Notes: generated by a model from the letters alone, not told the origin. 64,000 nt of DNA from Carcharhinus longimanus (GCA_030264375.1 JASCQW010000162.1:40638090-40702089); one strand, 5' to 3'; shown: positions 1 to 12,210, counted from the first letter of the stretch. A program made the numbers and translations.

Positions 1-190
1 ACTACAATTAGAACGTGGCCCTTAATTTCCATGTCAGCTCTTCCCAGGACTACTCAACAGTGAAACAGGTTTTCTTGCACATTTCTTTTACCCCACAGCT
101 CCATACTCTACGTAATAACATATAAAATCTATTACGGAGAATGGACAACATGTTGAAGTAGCATAGCTTCCCTTAAGCTAAATAATCTAC

Positions 191-307
191 CTGGTTTCTC
201 TCTGATCCTATTCTCTTAGCTGATGGTTCCTCTCTTTTCATTGCTGTGGTATTCTTGAATGATGACTCCTCATGATTGCCAGACAGATTAAGCTTCACTG
301 CTGCTGA
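191..307 (-). CDS. Candidate in-frame cassette exon of GIGYF2 (117 nt, phase 0 to 0), unverified
   Basis: Pyrimidine tract then ataag|TCA GCA GCA ... AGA AAC CAG|gtagat, giving 39 open codons (SAAVKLNLSGNHEESSFKNTTAMKREEPSAKRIGSERNQ). No similarity to human GIGYF2 that I recall. Confidence 0.35.
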
Positions 308-2437
308 CTTATAATTTTGGGGGTGAGGGAAGATATAAAAGACAAATCCACACAATCAGAAAATTTATTTTAAACAATTAAGCACAAGAGTTTTAACTCA
401 CCTTGAATACTATAAACTGAATGAAAACAATAGGACAGAATATCAGTGTCACTTGTTCAATCTCCTGCTGTAATTTCAGCAGAAACTACAGAAGTATCAG
501 CAGCCATATACACTTTTTTCACCAAGATTACACCATCCAATCAAACAGCCATCCACTCCACCCCCATCCAGTCAAATTATTTTAAATTAATATAATCATT
601 TCATTGCACTTAACAGGAACCATAGGGTGAATTTAAAACACATTGTTTTCCCCAGTTGTGCTGGAGACAGGGAAGGAGGATTGGTTAAAATCATTTCACT
701 TCTCAAGAAATAAAGAAATGGTTCACATTCATTCATTTCTCGTGGAATGAAGTTAAATTAGAGACAATAGAAAAGATTTTTCAACAGCTCAAACACTGTA
801 ATCTTCCCACATTTTTGCACCAGCTATTGTGATAACAGTTGCAATTCAAATAAAATAATGAAAGCATGCTTGACTGTTAGATTTTAAATTTAGTGAGGAA
901 ATGTTCATAATTGATATTGAAAACTACCTTTTAGAGACGTAGATCAACTGAGTATGAAATTATGGATTGAAATTTTCTGTTGTCACAATTTCTATCCTCA
1001 TCACAAAAGGTAACAAAGAGCTAACCAATTGACTAGCTTTCAAAATAGATGATTTGACAACTATAGCACCTAATATAGCAGAGTCATAGAGCTGCAAAAG
1101 CATTTAAGCAACATAAGCTAAAGCATTTACACCGTGCGTAAATGGTACAGAATGATAAGACTTTGACAGCCCAGAATGAATATATCTAATTAGCCCCATT
1201 TCCTGTTTTTTTTTATTTTTCTTTTACAAATGTCAAACCATTTTTTTTAAATGATCGATTTGGATTAGATTACTGTTTCTGGTTGGGTATCTGTTATTCA
1301 AAAGACTCTGTTATATTTAAACTCTTCTTTTAATTATTGACCACCAGCAATTACAATTCCGTTGGTAAATTTTGGAACAAGAGATAGCTTAACAGTGAGA
1401 AAATAACTGAAGTATCTGCTAGTAGAATTCTATAATTTAAAACTCTCATACAACGTGCATACAAAATTGAATGACTTAAAGTAACACGCGCTCAACCATC
1501 TGGGCAGTGACTGTCTACAATCTGATGAGTATGAGAATAAATGTCTTATCTCACTGGGGAAATCTTAGCACTTAGGTTATAAAGTGGTTGTTTATTTATT
1601 TTACATTTGGTGATCTAGTGGCAATGATTTACAGAAGTCACATGCTGTGCTATACAGCTGCAAGACAGATTTGTTCCTATCATTTGAGGTTCTGAATATC
1701 AACAGTGTCACAGTTAAGCATAAGCCAGACATTTCTCAATGGCAAGGAACAAGGTCATCAAAGATCAGATGAATGCTACTCTACTTTTTATATTGACTCA
1801 ATAAATTTTCTAGCTATTGGTTCGTCATAGTCAAATTAAGGTTGTGGGAAATGAACTTCAAGTGTCCTATTGTGCATTTTTGTCAAACAACACAGTAATC
1901 TAAAAATAAAATTACAAAAAGAATCCAAGCATACAAGTTCTGCGCAATTAAAACAAATTTTCATCTGAATCAATTCTATGTTATAAATTGTGATACGTGG
2001 CCAATAAGAGTTTTATTTTTATTTATTCTAGTTCAGCAAAAGTTTATGAAGTTAGCAGTGCAGGTGACTTTTACTGCTTTGTAGGTTCAACAGTACAAAG
2101 AATAGTGCTATTGAATAGTGTTATAAACATTCAAAAGTGATTATGTCTTAACTAAGTTAGAAATATTGCATACATTTTAGTTGAAAGCTTCATTTCCAGT
2201 AAATGACGAGAACTCAAATTTTTCAAACATCATTTCATTACTTTTGAAATATTCAACCCATCTAACCTCAGGTTGTGATTTAGAAAATCTTGTGACCTTA
2301 TTGTAATTAGATAGTCAAAGTTTTTTTTAGAAAAAGGTTAGCTTGCAACACCTGGTATCACACATTCTGACATGAACCATTTAGAGTAAACATATGTAAA
2401 GTTATCTACACAACAATTAGATGTTTAGAATACTTAC

Positions 2438-2617
2438 TGTTCTTGTTTGTGCCTTGTTCTCTTGTTGTTTCTGCATTTGCCTGAATTCCTCTTGCTGGAT
2501 CTCCAGAAGTGATTTGGTAGTAACCGAAGCTTTGGGAATATTGCCCCACCCTGTCAGTTTTTGCTGCTGGTTTTGTTGTTGCAGGACTTTCATCAATTCC
2601 TGCTGCTGCCTTCGTTG
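2438..2617 (-). CDS. GIGYF2: GIGYF2 coding exon P (180 nt, phase 0 to 0), last recognisable exon in the window
   Basis: gtcactag|CAA CGA AGG ... ACA AGA ACA|gtaagt. Encodes QRRQQQELMKVLQQQNQQQKLTGWGNIPKASVTTKSLLEIQQEEFRQMQKQQENKAQTRT. Confidence 0.95.
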
Positions 2618-2760
2618 CTAGTGACAAAGGAAAATATCTGGCTAAAATATTTACAAGAATAGAAAACATGGGTTCAGCCTCATCTGTTGTTTCCAATTCT
2701 CGGTGCCACACTTTAGAAATTGTGACGGGACGAGAGACTGCACCCAAAAAAAAAAATCAG

Positions 2761-3205
2761 TAGAATAATCCCAGGGATGAGGAACTTTAGTTTTATCGAT
2801 AGCTCAGATAAATTGGAACTGAAAGAGGAGATTAGGAGGAGATTCAATAGAGGTATTCAAAATCAAGCAAGATCCAGACAAAGAGAATTAAAATGTTCCC
2901 ACTGGTGGAAGGATCAAGAACAAGCAGGCACAGATTTAAGGTAACTGGCAAAATATATCATAAGCAACAAGAAGGAAAACTTGTTAAACAGCGAATGGTT
3001 ACGATCTGGAATGCACTCCTTAGAGTGTGGTGGAAGCAGATTCAATCGAGTCATTCAACAAAGAATTGGTTATCTGAAGGAGGAGGAATGTGCAGGACTA
3101 CAAGGAGGTGGACAAGTGACACTAGGGAAATTGCTCCTGTGGACAGTTGGTGCTGACACAACAAGTCAAATGGCTTCCTTCAGTGCTGTGACAATTCTGA
3201 GGTTT
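2761..3205 (+). mobile_element. CR1-type LINE 3' fragment
   Basis: Decayed RT C-terminus (...RGDSIEVFKI...MFPLVEGSRTSRHRFKV...RMVTIWNAL) followed by a CR1-like 3' tail. Confidence 0.75.
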
Positions 3206-3941
3206 TGTCAAGTACAAAGGCAAATTTGTGTTCATCTGGAAGTAGACAGGAATGTTACTAAATTAATTATTTTCCCTATCTTTGCATCACACTCCAAAAT
3301 CAACATGTAAAGTTATCTACAGATTGCCCTATCACATCTTAGTTTTGATTAAGTGATAACTAGTGCAGTAAATTCACATAGTCCAGCAGTGATTGTCTCT
3401 ATTCCTATCTTTAGCCCCATTCCCACTGAAGGTCTTAAGCATACATTTTTGTTCAGTGCATGGGTAACCCAAGATGTTGAGCAAGTTAAAATTTAGAGTG
3501 GAGAAATACAGTTTAGTAAGCAACACAAGGGAGAAATTAAAAGTTGACAAAAGCTTGGATGAAGCTTTTATTTGCAGTGCTGGGAAGGTGGGAACATAAG
3601 CAGGGAATGCTACGGTGGTGGAAGCAAATGGTTTTGATGATGAATAGGATGTTGAATTTGAAGCTCAACAATGTGGTGAATAGAATGCCAAAGTTTCACA
3701 TGGTCTAGTTTGGACTGAAAAAGCAGCTGGCAGGTGAGAGGGAGGTGGGTTGGTGATTGAATGACAATGAAATCAGTGACAATGGAGTAGAGTTTTTGGT
3801 GGAGGCTAAAAAGGATGGCTCCTGTCTTCTTAATGTTCAGCTGAAGGAAATTATCTCATTGGGTGTTTAACAGGCAGTATGACAGCACAGGAATCAAAGG
3901 ATGCAACAGATACAGAATTGCACATTCTTCCATTGCTCAGT

Positions 3942-4041
3942 NNNNNNNNNNNNNNNNNNNNNNNNNNNNNNNNNNNNNNNNNNNNNNNNNNNNNNNNNNN
4001 NNNNNNNNNNNNNNNNNNNNNNNNNNNNNNNNNNNNNNNNN
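3942..4041. other. Assembly gap (100 N); other gaps at 13996-14095, 17741-17750, 25404-25413, 28556-28655, 32469-32478 and 53943-53958
   Basis: Runs of N in the sequence. Confidence 1.
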
Positions 4042-4295
4042 GAATTGCACTTTCTTCCATTGCTCAGTCACTATTTAAAAGAAAACAAACAAACCAGTCA
4101 AAGAAATAAAAATATTTTTTGCAACTTTGAGATGGTAAAGAGAAGTGATTGAGTTTCCAGACATAGGTAAACAATGTTGAAAAGCAATTGATGCGTCATA
4201 GAACACAGGGAGGGAAGTATTGAATCTCAAAATCTGTTAGTGACGTAAAGATTTAGATCATGCTTCAATATTCATCTTTAAATATTCTGCATTAC

Positions 4296-4418
4296 CTCTT
4301 CCCGTAGCTGTCGTTCTCTTTCCTCTTCCAATTTCTGTATTTCAGCTAGCGATAGTGTACCTTGGGTTTGTGATGAAACTGAAGATGACTGCTGCCCCCA
4401 TGTTGAAGAAGAAGGAAG
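4296..4418 (-). CDS. GIGYF2: GIGYF2 coding exon O (123 nt, phase 0 to 0)
   Basis: ttcctcag|CTT CCT TCT ... CGG GAA GAG|gtaatg. Encodes LPSSSTWGQQSSSVSSQTQGTLSLAEIQKLEEERERQLREE. Confidence 0.96.
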
Positions 4419-6329
4419 CTGAGGAAAATTTCGACTAAATTAAGATTAAATTAAAACTGAATAAAAGTTACAGTTAGCAGAGTCAATAATTTTGATTTCA
4501 AAGTTAACTTCCTAATTGTATTCAATAAATAAAATCATCTAGTAGCGTTCATCATTTTATCCATTAAAATGCATAATTAGATTAAACAAAATCAAGAGGG
4601 CAAGTAAATTGTAGCCTGTGACAATGCCAGAAATTCTTAAACAGTGGTTTGGAGAGAAAACGGAAAACAAATCTGAAATATCAAATAATCAGTCAGATTA
4701 ACATCATAGGCTCAATATCCTATGAACTTAATTTCATTATTCAAATTGCACTATGGAGAACACAGAGGTAAAATCCTAAAATCTACACTCTTCACCACCT
4801 GAGAAATGTTGAGATAATGGGGGACCAGAGAAAGTCAGGATGATCCCAATACTTTTATCATATCTCAGCTGGTCTCTTCACTCCTTCAAGAAGGGCTGCC
4901 ATTTAAAGTAGTACTTTAAATAGTATAGCATTGACAGCCTAATGCTATTATAATAATACCTGGCAGCAGGACATAGAAGATGTGTGAAATTATGATGGGG
5001 AAAGCGAAGGGGGGGGGGAAGAGAGAGAGAGAGAAAAAAAGAGGAAGAGAACGAGCTGCTTCATTACGTTAGATAATCAGGGTTACGCTGTAACATTGTT
5101 ATTACACAGTTTTCATATATAATTTACCTGAGGATTAAAAATTATATAATTCTGGTGATGTCAGGTCCAAATAATGTGATTAATTTGATTTGAGACATGC
5201 AAGTCAGGAAAGGATAAAAAGTTCATATGCAGATATAAAAATTAAGATGAGACAGTTTTATATCTAATTTATCTACGTTGTCTTATTCGGTCGAAGAGAA
5301 AGGTATTGAGTTTAATTCATGATAGAACTATGCTGTGACTGCTTTCTTGAGAGCAAAGATTATGGGCTGTCAAAAAAGGCAAATAGCATAACTACAAAAA
5401 ATGGTCTGGGAAATATTGTCTTTTATATTGCACAGAGTTGGAAGCACCTTATACATTTACAAACAGATTTTATACATTAACAGAGCAATTTTTGGGAACA
5501 GAAATTCAAAAGACCAATTCACACATTGGGCTAAATTTGTAAGGACAAAGACTATGAACAGCCACTTGTGAAGTAAAGTTGGAGAGAATTGGTGCTTTAC
5601 AGCAACAAACAACATTTTGGCAGAACACTGGATATGGAGTAATCACTTGGAAGATACTGGATTGGTCAGATAAGATTAGGTGTCTTTCTTTTTGGTTCTA
5701 AAAATTGTAAAAGATAAAAGCAAAGGAATCCAACAAACACTTAAAATACCGCCCCCCACGCCCCCAAACCATCCCAGCTTTCCCACATGTGGCGTAGAAA
5801 ATGTACTAAAATTAAAACACATTTAAATTTAACACTATTTAGAATTTCACAAGTAATTTCTTACTACCCTTTAAAATCAATTGTCTAACAGAGGGTTAAA
5901 GGTCCAAATATTTCCTCACAGAGAGCGCTGTTACATCATTTACCTTATCAAAATAAAGAAATTACATAACTGATAATACTGAGCAAACTACACTCAAAGC
6001 AGCAGCAATGTTGCTTTCAAGCGACACCAAGTCAACTGGGCTATCAACAACATTCTGTTAGTAAGCTAATAGCTGCTTATTTTCAAAATTAATCCAAGTT
6101 CATATTTCCTTCATAAAAAGTGCTGTCAACACTTTCCATGCAATATTTTCTGAAGCACTGCATAGAGGGTACCGTTGCATTTTCACTGGGTTGAGAGAAG
6201 GAAAGTAAAAATACAGGGATTTTGGTCGAGAATTGCAGTGTTTGGAGTCACTGTTGCCAATTTTGGGTAAAGGGAAGGAGGGAGGGAAGTCAATCAAAGA
6301 AGTTTAATTTTTAAATAAAAATGCAGACC

Positions 6330-7750
6330 GTAAGAAGAAAATCTAGGGTTGGTGGATGTTAGAGACAATGAGGAGCAAGGCCAGAGAAATTTTAGTACAA
6401 GGTTTAGATTTTCACAATGGAGGTGTTAGGGGACCAGGAACAATGCAACTCAGCAAAGATGAAAATGTGGATGTGCAGCACTGCTGCTCGATAGGGTGTC
6501 ACCAATACAGTTTTGGAAGACATAAGGCTTACTGAAGGTAGAGGTGAGGTGGTTGATCAGGAAAACACTGAAATAAAGGAGTATGGAAAGACAAAAGCAT
6601 GAATAAGGGTTGCTGCAGTAGAAAGAGATGGGTTAGCTAGGTTTGAATAAAATACCTAGATTGCAAACAGTCTGGGACACTTGGATAATGGTGGAAGGGT
6701 ATTAAGGGAGAATGGACTGGTCAACCACGTCAAAGATTGCACAGAGGTCAAAAGGGGGCTGATTTACCATGGTCAAACTCCAAGGATGCAGTGCTGCAGT
6801 GCATGATTTTGCTTTGAGTTCTTTCGGTACTATTGCTGGAATAGAAAGATTGGGGACAGAGTTGCAATGAAAAAGAACACAGATATGGGAGATGGCACGT
6901 TAAAAAATTTTGGAAAGAAATTGGAGATTGAAAACGGGGAGATAGCTGAGAGGGAGGGTCAATGGCAAAGGTTTTGAACAATGATCTTGAAAATAATGGT
7001 GACATTACCTGAGGAGGGAGAACTATTTACACTAACAGTTAACAAAGAGGCCCAGATGGGAATGTGGACAGTCAGGAACTTTAGTGGGAATTGTGTTAAA
7101 TAAACAAGAGGAGGTGGGTCTTCTGGCTTGGAGGTATTACTTTACCCAACAGAGACAGATGTTCAGAGTTAAAGCAATGATGTTTCTTTCCTTTCATGAG
7201 ATGAGCGTCACTAGAAAGGCTAAACTTTATTTGCACCCCTAATTGCCCTTTAGAAGATGGTGGTGAGCCACCTTCTTGAACTACTGCAGCCATTTGGTGA
7301 GGAGGAAGGAAGGGAGGTAGATATCTGGGGACAGATGGCTGAACCAGTTGTGCACCAAATATGCTCAAGACTGCATCCCATAGATGGAGCAAACATCCTG
7401 GGTAAAGACCAAATTAATGGTTTTACTGGTGTCAAACGCATCAAAAGGTAAAGGTGAGGGAACAGTTATTGACAGCTGCAGTTATGACAATCAGAAGGTG
7501 AAAAGCTAGTAACCAGGAGTTTGTAAGTACAGTTGCAAATAATACGAATTGAGATTTTTTTCCAGGACAGTCAGAAAGATGTGCAGTTGGACAAGATGAG
7601 TGTCAGCAAAAGACAGCATAAAAAAAAAAGTTGGATGTAGCTTTGCCAATGGTTAAGGTCTTGACTGTAGAGGGACAACAGCATAATCAAAGAGATACAG
7701 CAAAAAGGGAGAAAATGACAGATGCATCACAATGACCTGGGCAGAAGGTT
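6330..7750 (-). mobile_element. Old L2-like LINE fragments, with the 3' end of another non-LTR element inserted at about 7190-7320
   Basis: Purine-rich + strand; the - strand shows remnants of RT-like peptides (RFQSPISFQNFL, SFSLQLCPQSFYSSNSTE...FDL). Heavily degenerate. A similar piece lies at about 3370-3940. Confidence 0.5.
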
Positions 7751-8007
7751 GGTTAATTTTCTATTATTGTACCTCTGAGATAATTAATATTGCAATTACT
7801 GTACTTTTTTCCAATCAATGCAACATGCAAATTTTTTTGGTGTGTTTAAGCAGCATCTCTCAAAACTATTTAGCGTTGTTCGTATATTATCAATGACATT
7901 GACTTAATCTGGTGGTCACTAATTTCCACCCTGATTCGCAATTTGTATGTTTTTTGATCCCTGTTCCCAAAAAACTCAAGCATACAATGCACCCTTCTAA
8001 GTCTTAC

Positions 8008-8274
8008 TTTCATCTGTGCCAGCTGCTGTTGCTGCTGCTGTTGCTGTAAACGTCTTAGTGCCTCCTGCTGCTGTTGTCTTTGTCTCATTGCTTCTTGCTT
8101 CTGCAGTTCTTTATGGCGTTCCAAATCTTTTCGTTTTTGTTCCTCTTCTTCTAACCGAAGTCGATTCTCCTCCTCCATTCGTAGCCGATTATCTTCTTCT
8201 ATTCGTCTCCGGGCTTCTTCCTCCTCCATCAACCACCGTGCTGCCTCTTCATCTTTACGTCGGCGCTCTTCTTC
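8008..8274 (-). CDS. GIGYF2: GIGYF2 coding exon N (267 nt, phase 0 to 0)
   Basis: ttcttaaag|GAA GAA GAG ... CAG ATG AAA|gtaaga. Encodes EEERRRKDEEAARWLMEEEEARRRIEEDNRLRMEEE...MRQRQQQQEALRRLQQQQQQQQLAQMK. Confidence 0.95.
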
Positions 8275-8589
8275 CTTTAAGAACAGCAAAATGTGGAAGC
8301 TAAATTTAAATTGTAAGCCTGGCAATATAAGAACATGTGTGCATGGAAAACTAACAATAACAGTAACAATATGGCAAAAAATGAGTTAGTCTTGGCATAC
8401 TAATTTTGCAGCATTCAAACCCAATTAAAATTTCAGAGGCCAGTTGGATCCAGGTCACACTCATGTACGTGTGCAGCAGTTGTAACTTGGCTTCCAATGA
8501 GAGTAATTATTAAAACAAATTTGAAAACAGAGTTTTTTTACCAAAGATTTTTTTTACCTATATTAGCAAAAGTAACATTCTATACAATT

Positions 8590-9000
8590 AGGTGTCGGCC
8601 TTTGCTCAAAGATAGCACTCTCTTTGAATCAGAAATCAGAGTTTAGTTTTAGTTAAAGCACAATTCAGTACAGCACTGAGGGAGTGTTACACTACATAGG
8701 CACTACCTTTCAGATAGAACTTTAAACCTGTCTTCTCAGTTGAGCATCAAAGAATCCATGACAGTATCCAAAAAAGATATGGGGCATTTTCAGTATCCTG
8801 GCCAGTTTTATCCCTCAAACAGCATTATTAAAATAGATGATCTGGTCAAATGTCTCATTGCTGGATGTAGGAATTTTGCTGTGTTCAAACTGGTTACCAC
8901 GTTTCCCTACACTGCAAGCGTCCACAGTTTAAAAGGACGTCTTTAATCGTAATGTGCTTTAAGACATCCCAAGGGCTTGCATAGAAATGCAAGGTTTTGT
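8590..9000 (+). mobile_element. Deu-domain SINE (SacSINE1/DeuSINE-like)
   Basis: tRNA-like head, central domain (...cagcactgagggagtgt...ctttcagat...aaagaatccatg...tcctggcca...atccctcaa) and tail ending tagaaatgcaag. Further copies at about 16660-16850(-), 21260-21600(-), 31510-31900(-), 53740-53930(+) and 55075-55480(+). Confidence 0.7.
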
Positions 9001-9591
9001 TTCTATTAATTTACAGGATCTGGGCATTGCTGGCTAGGCCAGCGTTTAATGCCCACTCTTAACAGTCCTTGGGAACGTGGTCATGAGCTGTCTTTGTGAA
9101 CAGCTGCAATCCTATGTTGTCAGTACATCCACAGCGCTGGGAGGGATGGACTTCAAGGATTTTGACCCACCAACAAGAGAGAGAATGGTGATATATATCC
9201 AAGTCAAAGTAATGAGTGACTTGGAGGGGAACTTCAAGAATAACGTTAATTATTCAAACATTTAAAAAAATGAATACACCATGATTTAATAAATACTTGT
9301 TCTATTATTACAGGAATAGTTAGATGATCCAACAAGGTATCTAACTCAATTTCAGAACTCTGCCAGCTGCAAAATTAGCTAGGCTTTGTTGTAATTGTTT
9401 ACATCAAACTTTTCTAAATACATGTATTTTCAAATCATCAGCAAATATTTCAGTGAACTGAAAAGTGAAATGGTCTCACGTTGGAAGAAAAAGCAACAAA
9501 AATTATTCCACTAAGTTCTTATAAAAATATTTAACACGTGATTAGCTTCTTTCAGTTAAGTCAATTCTTTTTGCCAATTTTATTCTCATAC

Positions 9592-9747
9592 CTGTTTTCG
9601 AAGGAATTCTTCCCTTTGGCGCCTTTCTTCCTCTTCTCTCCGCCTTTCTTCATGCCGACGGGCTTCTTCCTTTTGTTGTCGCTCCTCCTCTTCTCTTTGC
9701 CGGCAGAGTGCTGCTTCATGCTCTCTTTGGCGTTGCAGTGCTTCTTC
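9592..9747 (-). CDS. GIGYF2: GIGYF2 coding exon M (156 nt, phase 0 to 0)
   Basis: tgctctag|GAA GAA GCA ... CGA AAA CAG|gtatga. Encodes EEALQRQREHEAALCRQREEEERQQKEEARRHEERRREEEERRQREEFLRKQ. Confidence 0.95.
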
Positions 9748-9929
9748 CTAGAGCAAGCAAACAAAACCAAACATCCATTCAAAAATCACCAAACATAAAT
9801 TTGAGGGAAGAAGCTTTTCTTAGCAAAGAAAAATCAGAATTCAAAATTAATGTACTAAGCAGCCATGCCCTTCCTGCATCTCACAAAAAGATTCATCCGG
9901 AGAATACCTGCAGAGGTGAAACATTAAAC

Positions 9930-12210
9930 AAACGTAAGAACAAGGAATAGGAATAGGCAATTCAGGTCCTTGAACCTGCTCCGCCATTCAATTGGATTAT
10001 GGCTAATCTTATCTCAGCCTGAACTCAACTTGACCATCTTCCATTACTCTCAGCCCATAAACTAAAAATTTGTCTCTCTCCTCCTTAAATTTATTCAATG
10101 TCCTGGCATCCACTGCATGATGGGACAGTGAATTCCACAGACTCATGACCCTTTGATAGAAGCCATTTCTCCTCAGCTCTTTTAAATCTTCTACCCCTTA
10201 TTGTAAAACTATGACCCCCTTATTCTAGATTGCGTCACAAGAGGAAGCATCTCTGCTCTAAGTCTACTTTGCAAATATCTTATATAACTCAATTAGATTT
10301 CCCTTCATTTTTCTAAACCCCAGAGAGTATAGACATAAACTGCTTAACCCCTTTTCAGAAGGCAAATCCCTCATCTCTGGAATCAACCTAGCGAATGTCC
10401 TCTGAACTGTCTCTAATGACACTACATCCTTCCTCAAATATGGGGGCCAAAATTGTACACAGTACTCCAGGTGCAACCTCACCAATGCCTTGCATAGTTG
10501 CAGCAACACATTCTTACTTTTATACTTTATTCCTTTAGCTATAATTGCCAAACTTCCATTCCTTAATACCTGCTGTAGCTGCATGCCAGTTTTATGCAAC
10601 TCATGCACGAGGACACTCAGATCTCTGTGTAGCAAAGCATCCCAAAGTCTCTCTCCATTTAGATAAGTTTCCTTTCCATTTTTCTATAATCTCATGCTTA
10701 TCCACATTAAACTCCATCTACCACATTTTGGTCCACTCACCTAACCTATCTATATCCATTTGTAAATTTCTTATTTCCTCATTGCAACTTATTATCCCAC
10801 CCATTTTCATGTCATCTGTAAATCTGGCAATAGTACCTTCTATCCTTGTATCCATGAGTCCCAAGCCCTGTAGCAACCCCACTAGCTACAGCTTGCCAAC
10901 CAGAAAAAGATCCATTTATCCTGACTCTGCCTTCTGTCAGTTAGAAGTCTCACAACACCAGGTTAAAGTCTAACAGGTTTATTTGGTAGCAAATGCCACT
11001 AGCTTTCAGAGCGCTGCTTCTTTGTCAGATAAGCGGGAGTTCTGTTCACAAACAGGGTGTATAAGACAGGGCACATAAGGAACAGCACTCCGAAAGCTAG
11101 TGGCGTTTGCTACCAAATAAACCTGTTGGACTTTAACCAGGTGTTGTGAGACTTCTTACTGTATTTACCCCAGTCAAACACTGGCATCTCCACATTATTC
11201 TGTCAGTTAGCCAGTCTTCTATCGAAACAAATAAAATTATGCCTAACCCCATGTGATCTTACTTTGTGTATTAACCTTCTGTGCAGCACCTTATCAAATG
11301 CCTTCATGAAGTCCAGATATACTACATCTACAGTATCCCCATTATTCATTGGCTTGTACATCGTCAAAGAACTTTAACGTATTAGTCAAACATGATTTAC
11401 CCTTCTTAAAACCATGATGACTCTGATGATTGTGTTTTGATTTTCCAAATGTACTTAATAACAGATTCTAATTTCCCAACAACAGATGTTAAACTAACTG
11501 GTTCATAGTTTCCTACTTGCTGCCTCCCTCTCTTTTGAATAAGGGATTAGCAATTTTCCAATCAACTGGAACTTTTCCCACACCCAGGGAATTTTTGAAC
11601 ATTATAACCAATGGATCCATTATCTTCTCTGCTATTTCCTTTAATACCCAAGATGTAGGGACTTGCCTGCCTTCAATACCAATAGTTTGTTGAGTACTAT
11701 TTGCCCTATTGATGATGATTGCTGCATTTTCCTTCCTTTCTATTATGTCTACATTACCTGTCATTATTGGAATGCTACTAGTGTCTCCACTGTGAAAACT
11801 GAGGCAAAATATTGATTTAGCTTCTTCGCCATTTCTGCGTTCATCGCTATTAACTCCCTGGTTCATCCTGCAAAGAACCAACATTCACTTTAACTACTCT
11901 CTTCCCTTTTGTATACTTAGAAGTTTTTGCTATGCTTTATAATATTTTGTGCTAGTTTTCTTTCATAATTTACCTTTGTTCTTGTAACTCTTTGTTGACC
12001 TTTAGAAGTTTCCAAATCTTCCAGCCTGGTCTTTGCAATATAGTACACCTTAGAATTTGTCTTAATGCTGTCTTTGACTACCTTGCTTAGCTGTGGATGT
12101 TTTTTCCCCCTCTTACACAATCTTCCTTCCTCTCTGATATATAGTTTAGTTGGGAGAAATTAAATATCTCCTGAAGCAACTGCCACTGCTCGTCTACTGT
12201 CCTACCTTTT
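9930..12210 (-). mobile_element. CR1 LINE, ORF2 RT and 3' end, interrupted by a Penelope-like insert
   Basis: ORF 10264-10635 ([27 protein letters not shown]) and ORF 11513-11884 (VLKEIAEKIMDPLVIMFKNSLGVGKVPVDWKIANPLFK) are typical CR1 RT segments. Confidence 0.9.
10945..11197. mobile_element. Penelope-like terminal-repeat element with inverted arms, inserted into CR1 with a target-site duplication
   Basis: agaagtctcacaacaccaggttaaagtc...agctttc (about 10943-11007) is the reverse complement of about 11092-11156. Flanked by the direct repeat ttctgtcagttag at 10932-10944 and 11198-11210. Confidence 0.75.

Noticed and set aside
3915-4068. Near-identical 27-nt sequence (gaattgcac[a/t]ttcttccattgctcagt) on both sides of the N gap; likewise tgtattcca around 13996-14095
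   Set aside because: Typical unmerged contig overlap at a scaffold gap, not a biological duplication.
8016-9798. Hydrophobic + strand ORFs at 8016-8303 and 9538-9798 (also 2421-2621)
   Set aside because: Antisense shadows of the E/R/Q-rich GIGYF2 exons.
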